Below are positions 14,092 through 26,242 of a stretch of 64,000 nucleotides of DNA, one piece after another. The stretch spans positions 13,942,124 to 14,006,123 of the forward strand of contig CM119265.1 of the NCBI GenBank assembly GCA_051294375.1. Direction: 5' to 3'. A model generated the notes under the pieces. The model made no database searches, was not told where the DNA came from, and was given only the letters and a program-made list of their open reading frames with translations. Position 1 is the first letter of the stretch, and every line of letters starts with the position of its first letter. Made by a program: the position numbers and the translations under genes. This stretch comes from Paraspadella gotoi (Eukaryota; Animalia; Chaetognatha).

Positions 14092-14502
14092 TTTGCAAAA
14101 CTTGATAATTTTCTAGTCTTTACTTGTATTTATTGGTATGAAGGGTCCTGCAAGTGATTCAGTCAGAATTCTCTGCAGCTGATCGAAAAAGTTAACAAAA
14201 GTAAAATAATCAAATTTGGCAAAACAAAAATACTGCTTTGGCTACAAGAAAACCTAAGGTGACACTAGCAAAAGAAAATAAAAATCGATACTCAACAGGT
14301 ACAAAAATCACTGTTTGTGTAATGAGAAACAAGATGGATCGTAATTTCGACCCGAAATTAAGCTAATATTTAACAATTTAAAGGGCGACTGCAAATATTG
14401 GCAATGAAGAAAAAAATGAAAGCGTGACAAAGTTACTTAGGTCGTTCCCGAAGCAACTTCCACTCCTTTCTACCTCTTAACAACTGGCTCAACACTCCCT
14501 CA

Positions 14503-15002
14503 TCAAAATCCGTGAATCTTAATGGTCTCCTTGGCAGCAAGTCCATTTTCCCCGAGAAACAGAGAAACATTGTTTCTTTGATCGCCCTGGAGTTGAATGA
14601 CTTCCCCGTATTCGGGGTGTTCTATCACGGTTCCGTTGCAGGCGAACTGCTTCTTAAGCGCCTTCACGACCCGTTTTTTGTCGAACTGCTCGCCGATTCC
14701 CTAAGATACAAATGACGTAAATGACTTGGCCTATTATTAGATTTCAAAAACAGAACAGCGATTTTAGAAAAGGCTCTTTACCTGAACGGTAGTGAGCGTC
14801 TTCCTCCCATTTCTCTGCTGAATCCTAATGTGCACGAGGGTGTCGGTTGCAGCGACTCCCTTTTCTTCGTCGACGGTCACATCGAACGGATCGAATTTCG
14901 TCAGATTCTATACAATAATAAGCGAAGGCTTCAGTGAAATTGTGTTCGCGATTAAGTACTGGAGTATGCTGGAGGAAATGCTACCTGAATTTGGGCTGTC
15001 AT
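14503..15002 (-). CDS. EIF1: Translation initiation factor eIF1 (SUI1); 3 exons, absent from the ORF track
   Basis: Manual splicing gives MTAQIQ/NLTKFDPF...VHIRIQQRNGRKTLTTVQ/GIGEQFDKKRVVKALKKQFACNGTVIEHPEYGEVIQLQGDQRNNV...KIHGF*. Confidence 0.95.
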
Positions 15003-15103
15003 GAGAATAATTATAACAGCGTCTTTCCGAATCCAAAATGACCTCCCAGTGAATCTTATATAACTAAGAAAGTCTACAAATCGTAAAAAACTGCGGAGTA
15101 AAA

Positions 15104-17266
15104 TTAAATAACAGAACATAATGCGGGTTTAACGGAAAAAGGACCCTGTAGATCGGAACTTCTGTCAAATATTCTAACCCAAACGTAATAATCTAGGTCG
15201 ATATCGACGCCGAGACGTTTGGAAAATACAAATTCAGTTTCGATCAAATGAAAAGACAAAACGGAGGAAGGATCGTCAGAGTCCACAGGTTGTAAAAGGA
15301 CTTCGAAGACGGACGAAAGAGCGAGGTGACGCCGTGAGATCCAATTCCAGTTGAGTGGAAACTGAAACGAGATCAAATAGCATAACTCTTCGATATTTAC
15401 GTCGCCGTCATTGTCTTCATGCCGGCATTCGACGACCTCGCAGGATACGTTCTTCACTTCCGATGGTTGCAGGTGGTCAATTTTTGTCATTACTGGCTTC
15501 ATCTTTTTCCTCTCCTGCAATGCTTCGGAGATTAGACCAACGACAGCGTCCACATCCACCTCGGTGTCTTGGTAAATCCTGTGGAGCCATTCGGGGTCGT
15601 GGCAGCAGCGCGTGGGGGGGACATCGACACTTCGCTTAATCCTCCATTGTTCTTCGAGCGGTAGATGCACAATGCCTCCCAAAGCGGGAGATCTAAATAA
15701 ACCAATTAACTAATTTTGCATTCGATAAGTATTTAAATTTTTTTTTGAATAAGAAAACATTTGTCTCTGCAAGTTTATTTTTCACACTTAATACATTTTC
15801 CTACCGCTCGAGCGCTCCTTTGTTTCATTGTAACAGTTGCTTCTGAAGATAGAATAAGAGTTTGTAAAAAAATAAATATCAATATAGGCATCTCACCTAT
15901 CGGGATGAGGAACAGATCTAGCCTCGTCAAAGTTGCGCCAGGCGCGATAGAATAGTCCCGAGTTAGTAATCCCCGCCAGCGTCCGATATGGGGAAAAGCG
16001 CATAGGGTCTACGCCAAACGGGAAGAGCTCCATAACGATGGTTCCGGGAGGAGAGAAAATAGTAAGGACGAGAAGGGATCCATGCATACCGACGACGATA
16101 GAGGCGCCTGCAGCCAACAACGCCAACGACGAAATAGAATGAGTTTCGTGAGAGGACCGGACTACACCGAGTCCGAAGACTTTTTCTAGCTTGTCGACAA
16201 GGCGATCCTCGTTTAAAATTAGACGGTTACCCTTTCGTGTCAACAAGAGAAGGTATTCTCCGTTTGGTCGGATCGGATGAGAAATACTTTCTTCAAAAAA
16301 ATTTAAATATTTCGCTTTAAAACTCGCGAAATGAATTAAAGCGTCCAAATGGGATTGGTTTTTAGGACCTTGAGGTCCATGAAACCCATATTGATACCAG
16401 ATGGTATCTCTTTCAGGACCAACGAGAGAGTCTTGAAAGCATACAACGTCCACCGAGTCGTTTCTCGATAGCGCGTCCATCCAATCCAGGGTCATAACTA
16501 CCCGACCCGGGGTTAGCGCGTCATACAACTCTGAGACGTCTGGCGCGACGTCGGGCCAGTGGTCGACGAGAAAGAGATTGCCTTCGCTTCCAAAGTGAAG
16601 ACGCAAAGTATAGTGAAAGGGAATAAGGTCGTCGTGAAAGGCATGCATGACATTGCTGGGGTTGAATCTCTTGGCGATGAGAGTGGACCCGCCAACCCAT
16701 TGGACGGCGAGAGTTTGAAGGAAAGAAAATGGAACGTCGATGTAGTTAAAGAAAAAACCTAGAAAAACATATTGATAAATCACCACAATTAGCAAGTTTT
16801 TCAATGTTCCCTCTAATCAATATTCACCGTTGTGATTCTCCACAGAAGTTAATTCAGACAGCGCTGGCGAAAACCTGTCTTTCGGGACCCCCTTTGAGTT
16901 TTGCGGCGCCAAGGAATCGTGAAGAAAGAGAAAGGATTTTTCCCGAATGTGGAAGCACAGATTCCGGAAACGACAACGGCGTTCGGATAGACTGGCTCCA
17001 TTACATACCACGGTTGATGATATTTTGTTCGAGGGAAAATTTGTTTTAGGAATTGGAGAGGGAGACGCAGTGTCAGTTGTCGACAGCGGCTCCACGGGGG
17101 GAGGGGGAGTAATAATCTCGGCATCACTTAAATCTGTCACAAGAAAATTTAAGCGAAATAGTTTAGGATACAGTCTAAAGAAGTCAAAATAAGCCAAAAG
17201 TTTCGGAAAAACGAAGGCGATAGTGATGCCGTGAATTATCCAGTGGAAGGAAATTGTTAGTTTCAT
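15104..17266 (-). CDS. POMGNT2: Protein O-mannose beta-1,4-GlcNAc transferase 2 (GT61 family); multi-exon
   Basis: N-terminal hydrophobic anchor, CRFRNLC, RFNPSNVMHAFHDDLIP, GMHGSLL...ELFPFGVDP...YRTLA, CCHDPEWLHRIYQDT, C-terminal FN3-like YYVWVR. Confidence 0.9.
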
Positions 17267-17345
17267 GATAGATTTGTCGAAAGATTTACAATGTACCTAA
17301 AAAAAATATATATGACTGGTCATTAGCAGAATAAATAAGCTCACG

Positions 17346-18734
17346 TCAACCGCTGCTTTCTTCAACTTTAACAGTGCCATCTATTTCCGTTTCAAGCTCG
17401 GCGAATCGTTCCATCAGTTCCCTTTGTCTTCCGGACGCGACTACGAGACTCTTCAGGACGACGTTCAGAAGGAGATCGCCGCAGTCGTGATGATCGAGTC
17501 GGCGAATTCCTCGGCCCCCGATGCGAATAACGTCGTGACTGCACGTGCCAGCGGGGACGTCGACTTCAAACTTCTCGTCGAGAAGGCCTCGCACGAGGAC
17601 CTTGCCGCCGAGCGCCGCGCACGTCAAGGGGACAACGACGTCTGCGGAAACGTCGGCGCCGTGACGCGAAAAGCGGTCGCTGTCGCCGACCGAGAGATGA
17701 AAAAGAACGTCGTTCTCGCCGATACGCACTTTCATTGTCTGGCCGTCCTCCACTCCGGCCGGAATTGGGATGGAATAGATTTTTCGTTGAAGGACCTTTC
17801 CTTTCCCGTCGCATTCGTAGCACTCTGCACGGATAGTATAACCGCGTCCTTTACATGTGCGGCAGACTACTCGGACGGCCATAGCTCCCTCAGTATAAGT
17901 TTCGCGTCCTGACCCGTTGCATGCAGCGCAAGAGCGCTTTCCACCACGAAACTTCGAACCGTAACCCATGCACATAAGGCATTGGTCGACGACATTGAGG
18001 GAAGTTCTCTTGGAGACGCCAGTAACGGACTCGTCAAAGCTGAGTTTGAAAAAAGCCTGAAGCGTCGGGCCCTCGCCGAATTCGTTAGAAACAAAGTCGC
18101 GATGTTGGGAGGGATCAACGCCAAGACCGGCATCAGCGAATTGTCCTGAGAACCGACTGTAGACACGATCGTAAAATTCCTAGACAAAAAAAATAAAAAT
18201 CCACCTAAAAGTAGGTTTGTGTAAGTTTAAACTAAGTAAGAATTATCAAATTCTAATTTATAACAATTGCACCTTAGATGCCTCCTCATTAGCGAATTCT
18301 TCATCCCGTTGAATGTTATTCTTTCTTTTTTTCTTCTTCTGTCTCCCTTTTCCATCCATGCCGAAAGCGTCGTACCTCCTCCGCTTCTCCTCGCTTCCCA
18401 AAACTTCGAACGCTTCAGCAGCAGCCTGGAACATCCGAGCCGCTGAGCCATCGTCTCCAAGGTTCGCGTCCGGGTGATGCTTCTTTGCCATTTCTAGGTA
18501 GGCAGCCTTGATTTGCTCGGCCGAGGCGGAAGCGGACACGCCAAGAAGGTCGTAGTAATCCGTCTTCAGGGCGGAAATTGGACGACATGTACGAAATGTT
18601 CGTTTCCAGACACAATTTTCAAGTTTAATAGAATAGTTGCACACTTCGGTCAATAGTCCAAAGTTTCTATAACAAGGTCTGAGCCATTTACCAAAATCGT
18701 TAATAAAGCAAACTCGGAAGCTTGCATGCATCAT
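17346..18734 (-). CDS. DNAJA3: Mitochondrial type-I J protein (Tid1-like); 2 exons
   Basis: Presequence-like N-terminus, DYYDLLGV...HHPD J-domain, repeated CxxCxGxG zinc motifs, IPAGVEDGQT. Confidence 0.85.
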
Positions 18735-18816
18735 TTTAATGATGTCTTGTCATTCTGAAAATAACACTCACAAACGTAAAAATATCAACGAAAACAAACG
18801 CATTAGGCTTTAAACT

Positions 18817-21800
18817 TCACTTTCTATTTTTCTTGAAGCCCGTTTTAGATTTTCCCCCTGCACTTGAGCCCTCCCTCTTCTTTAGTCCTTTAACCGCACT
18901 GTCCGTTTTAAATTTATTTCCACCACCTCCTCTGCCTAATTTCTTGAGTTTCTCTTTTCGTTTTTGTCCTTTCTCCACGAGCCCCATCTCCTTTTTCTCC
19001 TGAAACGAGGGTCCGTATCTAAACTTCTTCACGGCAGCTTTACTGGTTTTCGTGAGTTCGGACTCGAAAGAATTGACGGTCTTCTTTTTATTCTTTTTGG
19101 TCTTCTTCGATGCTTTTCCATCGAAGATGCCCCGCGCTTCTTTGCTCGCTTTCTCGTCGGCCCTGATGCGTTCGCCCTTGCCCTCGCGTTTGGCGAGCCG
19201 CGCCTGCACGGCCGCTATCTTTTGTAACTCGAACTGCGCTCTTTGTTCTGCATTTTTTGGCGTCTGCTTTCGAAGATCTTTTAGCATCGCCGCCTTCTTC
19301 TTCCGGTTACTTGGCAACTTGCTGTAATCACCAACTCGAAGAGCTTCCTTTTCCTGCAAATTATTGCACCTTGCGATAGAAAATTGGTAAAGCATACGGT
19401 CAAAACCTCTCATACGTACCTGCATTCGTTCCTTGTGCGTCTGGAACCAAGAACGTTTGGGCCGAGACATGATCTCGTCATGATGTCGAACGATCTTTTC
19501 CGCTTTGAAGGTCTCTAATTCGGCGATACTCATTTCCCTCTCTTCCTTTTCCATCTTCAACACCTTCTCTACATCTTTTTCCATGTCGTTAATTTTGTCG
19601 CGAAAATGCGAAACGACGTCAAATGGAATCGTTCGAGATTTCACGGGTCCTGCAATGAAAAAATTGTCGAAGTTCGAAGTTTCTTCTGGATAATGAAAAA
19701 TGTGGCAAAAAAAGCAAACCTTTAGCGAGTTTAACAACCTCCTTGAGCATCTTTCTTTCTGACTCGCCGACAAGTGTGACTGAACGCCCTTTCTTTCCCG
19801 CACGGGCCGTCCGTCCGACCCGATGAATATAGTGTTTCACGCTGAAATTAAAAGGAATAAACTGTAGTCTAGGCAGTAATTAAACAAGCAATGGACACCA
19901 TTAAATTTACCTGTTAGGCAAAGAGAAATTAATGACAGTCTTAACGCCCTCAATATCTAAGCCTCTACCGGCCAAATCCGTGGCCAATAGAACATCGATA
20001 TCATTTTCCTTGAACCGCTTCAAAGCCTCTATTCTTTGCAATTGAGACAGGTTCGAATGCAATTCACCCACTCGCAGACCCAAAAGTCCAAGCACAATGT
20101 GCATTCGATGAACCTGAATTAGATATCGTTAATTTATATTTTTTATACAAATTTGACTCGAAATAAAAGGCGAAAAAAATTTAATATCAATGTGTCACAG
20201 AAATTTTATCAATCGAAACAGTACACAAATTAAAGCCGGACGATTTCTAACGACTTTTATAGAGAATAACAAACACGCGTAGGAAGAGCCCTTGCTATTC
20301 TCCTTTACCGGTCAGAGAAATGTTTTTTTTCTAGTTTTTTTGGTTCTTTTTTTTTCTCGCTCCATAATGGACGCGACGGAGGAACACAATGGTTGCCTCT
20401 CGGCAGAGGACACCATGGCACACATGGGATCCTCCGTCTCGGGTTACCCCGTCGAAAAACTCGACGACACAAACTTCTATCATCGTTTGGGAAAGGAATG
20501 AAAAAGAATAAAATTATAAAAATGAAAAATAATTGATTAATAATAGTTTCTTCTCTTATACAGGACGTGTCTTTGGTGAAGTTTTATGTTCCGCAATGCG
20601 CCTGGTGCCAGAAACTGGCACCAACCTACGCTCTGCTTGGATCGGCATTTGATAAAGTGAAAAATGTGCAAATCGCCGAAGTCGACTGTATGCAGAACAG
20701 AACTCTCTGCAGAAGGTTATAATTATTACAAAAAATCGCTTTTAAAGCGACCAATAATAACAATAATAGCTATACGATAGAACTATGTAATTATAATTTA
20801 GACTAGGAAGTATGTAACTATGTATGGGAAAAACCTACCGTATTAAAATAGAAAAAAAAGAATTTAAATAAAAAAGTCATGAAGAATTTTCAAAAAAAAA
20901 TTTTCACGATCCCGAAACGCGAAGTAGGCAACGACTTCACAAGTGTTTATTAAAAATACAAGTTTTATTTCTGGCCAAAAATTGTTAACAGGTACCAAAT
21001 CGACGGATATCCAACTCTATATCTATTCAAAAAAGGAAGACCGATCGAGGAGTACAACGGACAAAGGACCATCAATGATCTTAAGGCTTACGTCGATCGC
21101 CACGGAAGACCACCTCCACCTCCGCCGCCGCCCCCGGGCTAACCAAAAATACACCTGAAGTATTCTCACTTCGAAAAGGAATTAAAAATCTATTGCATTG
21201 CGATTGTGGAGTGCTTTTTTAACAAATACATCCCAAGAAATATTATATAATTATTTTATCGTCATTACATGCACCGAAAGTATTATTATGAATAAATTTA
21301 ATTTCATAATGGAGAAGGCAGTGCGAGGACAATTTTTTTTTATAGATATTTCGACTTATTTTTCTAAGTCATCATCAGTGGTATCAAGTTGCAGGAATAA
21401 AGTGACACAAAAATAATAACAATAAAACTGAGAGACCAAGCGAGAGAGATAGTGAGAGAGAAAGATAGATTTAGCCAAAACAGTAAGTGATCAAAAAAGA
21501 ATAAACCCAGAAATGGGTGTCCCCTCCTCAGTTTTAACTAATGGTCAAAATTATGAAAAAAACGGTTTCCAAGCATCTGTTTTGACCATTAGTTAAAACT
21601 GAGGGGGGACACCCATCTGGGTTTATTCTTTTTTGGTCATTTACTGTTTTGGCTAAATCTCTATCTCTTTCTCTCTCTCTCTCTCACTATCTCTCTCTCA
21701 ATGTTTTATTGTTATTATTTTTGTGTCTCTCTTTAGTATTTTCACTTTATTCCTGTTACTTGATACCACTGATGATGACTTAAAAAAAGAAAAACAATTT

Positions 21801-24800
21801 ATTTTGTACCCGCACTACCTTCTCCATTATGAAATTTAATTTATTCATAAATATTATAGTTGTAGAAGACTAAATAGAAAAAAATAGAAGAAAGAGGGAA
21901 GTATTTCAAGTAATTCATTCATTCATTAAAAAATAAAATAAGCCCAACTGCAAATCCTGCAGCCGAAGTAAGTTTATGAATTTCTCTGTAGACTAACGAA
22001 ACGTTTTTAACGTATACAATTTATAAAAAGATTCTTTAAAGTTACTCCTTAAATAAATGAACATTGAACCAGAATTCGACTGCAATTTCAAAATGAAATT
22101 TTGCAGCTTAAGGATGAGTTGCCCACTAGAGCGTAGTGAAAGTTGCGTACGAAAATTCTAAAAGTCAATGATGAACAATATATTATCAGTGAACATTAAT
22201 TTGTAAAAAAAATTATTTTTATGTTTTTTAATTTTCGCAGTAGCCTATATTTATATATAGTACTTATAAAATTGAAAAATTTCAAAATAGACTTGAATTC
22301 CTCGTCAAAAGTTGGATTGAAAAGAAAATATAAATAATTTTTAAAAATTTTTCATTAATTGGCTTAAAAATTAAAAAACAATATTTAATATATAAAATTT
22401 TAATATTATAATTTTAAAATTATTATACTATTTTTTTATACAGAAATGTAGGAGTCTACGTCGTTCTTAGAGATCGAGGAAGACTTTTTCAATGGAGATT
22501 TTCGTTCAAATCTGACTACCAACAATATAAACGCTCCTGGTAAAAATTCGGGTAAAATATCGATGTAAAAACACTTGATTCCGATCCTGTTGTATCTGAA
22601 GGGCTCGAATTTTTTTTCTCTTGTCAAATCATCAACATCTTGATATCAAACAAGCCAGAACAAATAGACTGCTTCTAGACGGGAAAACTTTCTATCTCTG
22701 ATTTTATATAGAAATGAAAGGGATTTTTTTCCTTGAAAAAAGATATAAACGTGACTGAGGTATGTTTCCTGTTCAACAAATGACGTCTAATTTTGGAATC
22801 CTTTGGCAAAGTGTCTGAAGGGCTCTCAAAATTTTTCTTTACATTTTATTTGGTTATTTTGATATGATACGATCCTGGAAAGTGAATTAGTCCATTTTGG
22901 TGAAATTTTTATTTAAAGTAAAAGTAAAAGAGGAGCTAACGATCAGAATTCTAAGAGTTTTCAACCGGGAGTCAGATTCGGGAAAAATCTTCTATGGCGA
23001 AAATCTTCCAAAGAAGGTGTTGATTTTCCGAAGATTTTGGTTAATATTTTCTATATTTATGGTCGGATTTTTTGGAAACTTAATATTAACAATATTGCCA
23101 TCATTCTACCTTGGCCGGTATAAGAATATATTGAAAAAAACCTCGGGCTTTTTTCATCAGAGCTTAGTCCTAAGAAATGTTCATTAGTTCGTTCCTCACT
23201 TTTAGAATTTTAATTTATAATTTGTATTGTGCTTTATTGCCCACGGGTGAGAAGTCTAAGAAAAGAAAATTCTGAGTTTTCACCTGCTTCTTCGTTTGAA
23301 TGAAAACGATGCATCTATCGAGAAATGTTCTCGAGACCAACGCCCCTACAATGGCCTCTCGATCTCCCTCCTTGTCGGCGCGGATTCGAATGAACTCTTG
23401 TTGCAACTGAAGATTCGTCTCCGTGTTCGCATTTACGAATATTTTGACAGGTTTAACGAGGAGACGGCAACGAGATCTTGAACCTTGTCCGTCATAGTTG
23501 CGGAAAAGAGCATGGTTTGTCGTTTGGGTGAAGTCATCTTCACAATCTCTTTCATCTGCTCAGCAAAGACATCATCCAACATTCTATCGGCCTCGTCGAG
23601 TATGAGAATCTCTATCGAATGCAGGTTGAACGTCGGAGTGTTATGAAGATGATCAATGAGTCGACCCGGCGTTGCTGAAGAGGAAAAAACAAGTTTGAGC
23701 AAACGATGCCGGATCTGCCCACGATCATTAGCGGTAATTAATTAATTAATTAAAAAAAAAAAAAGCATAATCAAATATTGAAACAGTTTGGTTTTTTCAT
23801 TTAAACTCATTTCCACTCAGACAATTCCATTAATTAATTATTTAATTAATTTATAATTCAATTAATTAATGCAACTTACATTTACATATATGAAAAAACA
23901 CAATAAATAGTAAACAGGTTTTTTGCTTTTTTCCATTTAAAATAATTTTTCACTTAGATCATTCCATCGAAACTTGATTTCCCACTAAATAACACACTTC
24001 TTTATCCATACACAAAATTTCCCGATCCACTCAGTAATTGACGTTCAGGGGGGGACGGACGGACGGACGGACGGACGGACGAACAGACAGAGNNNNNNNN
24101 NNNNNNNNNNNNNNNNNTTTGGTTGGTCCCACACCAAAATCTTGTCGTAAATCATTTCAGATAAATAGAATTATGATAATTTATGTAAAAAAAATCAATG
24201 TCTGTCTCTGTCTGTTCGTCCGTCCGTCCGTCCGTCCGTCCGTCCCCCCCTGAACGTCAATTACTGAGTGGATCGGGGAAATTTTGTGTATGGATAAAGA
24301 AGTGTGTTATTTAGTGGGAAATCAAGTTTCGATGGAATGATCTAAGTGAAAATTATTTTAAATGGAAAAAAGCAAAAAACCTGTTTACTATTTATTGTGT
24401 TTTTTCATATATGTAAATGTAAGTTGCATTAATTAATTGAATTATAAATTAATTAAATAATTAATTAATGAATTGTCTGAGTGGAAATGAGTTTAAATGA
24501 AAAAACCAAACTGTTTCAATATTTGATTATGCTTTTTTTTTTTTTAATTAATTAATTAATTACCGCTAATGATCGTGGGCAGATCCGGCATCGTTTGCTC
24601 AAACTTGTTTTTTCCTCTTCAGCAACGCCGGGTCGACTCATTGATCATCTTCATAACACTCCGCACGTTCAACCTGCATTCGATAGAGATTCTCATACTC
24701 GACGAGGCCGATAGAATGTTGGATGATGTCTTTGCTGAGCAGATGAAAGAGATTGTGAAGATGACTTCACCCAAACGACAAACCATGCTCTTTTCCGCAA

Positions 24801-26207
24801 CTATGACGGACAAGGTTCAAGATCTCGTTGCCGTCTCCCTCGTTAAACCTGTCAAAATATTCGTAAATGCGAACACGGGACGAATCTTCAGTTGCAACAA
24901 GAGTTCATTCGAATCCGCGCCGACAAGGAGGGAGATCGAGAGGCCATTGTAGGGCGTTGGTCTCGAGAACATTTCTCGATAGATGCATCGTTTTCATTCA
25001 AACGAAGAAGCAGGTGAAAACTCAGAATTTTCTTTTCTTAGACTTCTCACCCGTGGGCAATAAAGCACAATACAAATTTATAAATTAAAATTCTAAAAGT
25101 GAGGAACGAACTAATGAACATTTCTTAGGACTAAGCTCTGATGAAAAAAGCCCGAGGTTTTTTCAATATATTCTTATCCCGGCCAAGGTAGAATGATGGC
25201 AATATTGTTAATATTAAGTTTCCAAAAAATCCGACCATAAATATAGAAAATATTAACCAAAATCTTCGGAAAATCAACACCTTCTTTGGAAGATTTTCGC
25301 CATAGAAGATTTTTCCCGAATCTGACTCCCGGTTGAAAACTCTTAGAATTCTGATCGTTAGCTCCTCTTTTACTTTTACTTTAAATAAAAATTTCACCAA
25401 AATGGACTAATTCACTTTCCAGGATCGTATCATATCAAAATAACCAAAATAAAATGTAAAGAAAAATTTTGAGAGCCCTTCAGACACTTTGCCAAAGGAT
25501 TCCAAAATTAGACGTCATTTGTTGAAAAGGAACAATACCTCAGTCACGTTTATATCGTTTTCAAGGAAAAAAATCCCTTTCATTTCTATATAAAATCAGA
25601 GATAGAAAGTTTTCCGCGTCTAGAAGCAGTCTATTTGTTCTGGCTTGTTTGATATCAAGATGTTGATGATTTGACAAGAGAAAAAAAATTCGAGCCCTTC
25701 AGATACAACAGGATCGGAATCAAGTGTTTTTACATCGATATTTTACCCGAATTTTTACCAGGAGCGTTTATATTGTTTGGTAGTCAGATTTGAACGAAAA
25801 TCTCCATTGAAAAAGTCTTCCTCGATCTCTAAGAACGACGTAGACTCCTACATTTCTGTATAAAAAAATAGTATAATAATTTTAAAATTATAATATTAAA
25901 ATTTTATATATTAAATATTGTTTTTTAATTTTTAAGCCAATTAATGAAAAATTTTTAAAAATTATTTATATTTTCTTTCATCAACTTTTGACGAGGAATT
26001 CAAGTCTATTTTGAATTTTTCAATTTTATAAGTACTATATATAAATATAGGCCTAAGTGAATCGTAGAGCCGGAATCTGCTGTAAGCAGATCCGGCTAAA
26101 AAAGTGTAGAGGTACATTTATTAGCAATGATACAATATTAGAGACATGTTGTTACAATGAGAGATCGTGAGAGAACTAAAGGTAGAGAGCGCGGCACTGA
26201 TCAAGTA

Positions 26208-26242
<35 letters not shown>

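Noticed and set aside
24569-25088. Second DEAD-box helicase on the plus strand
   Set aside because: Near-identical inverted copy of one DDX27 exon mirrored about an N-gap.
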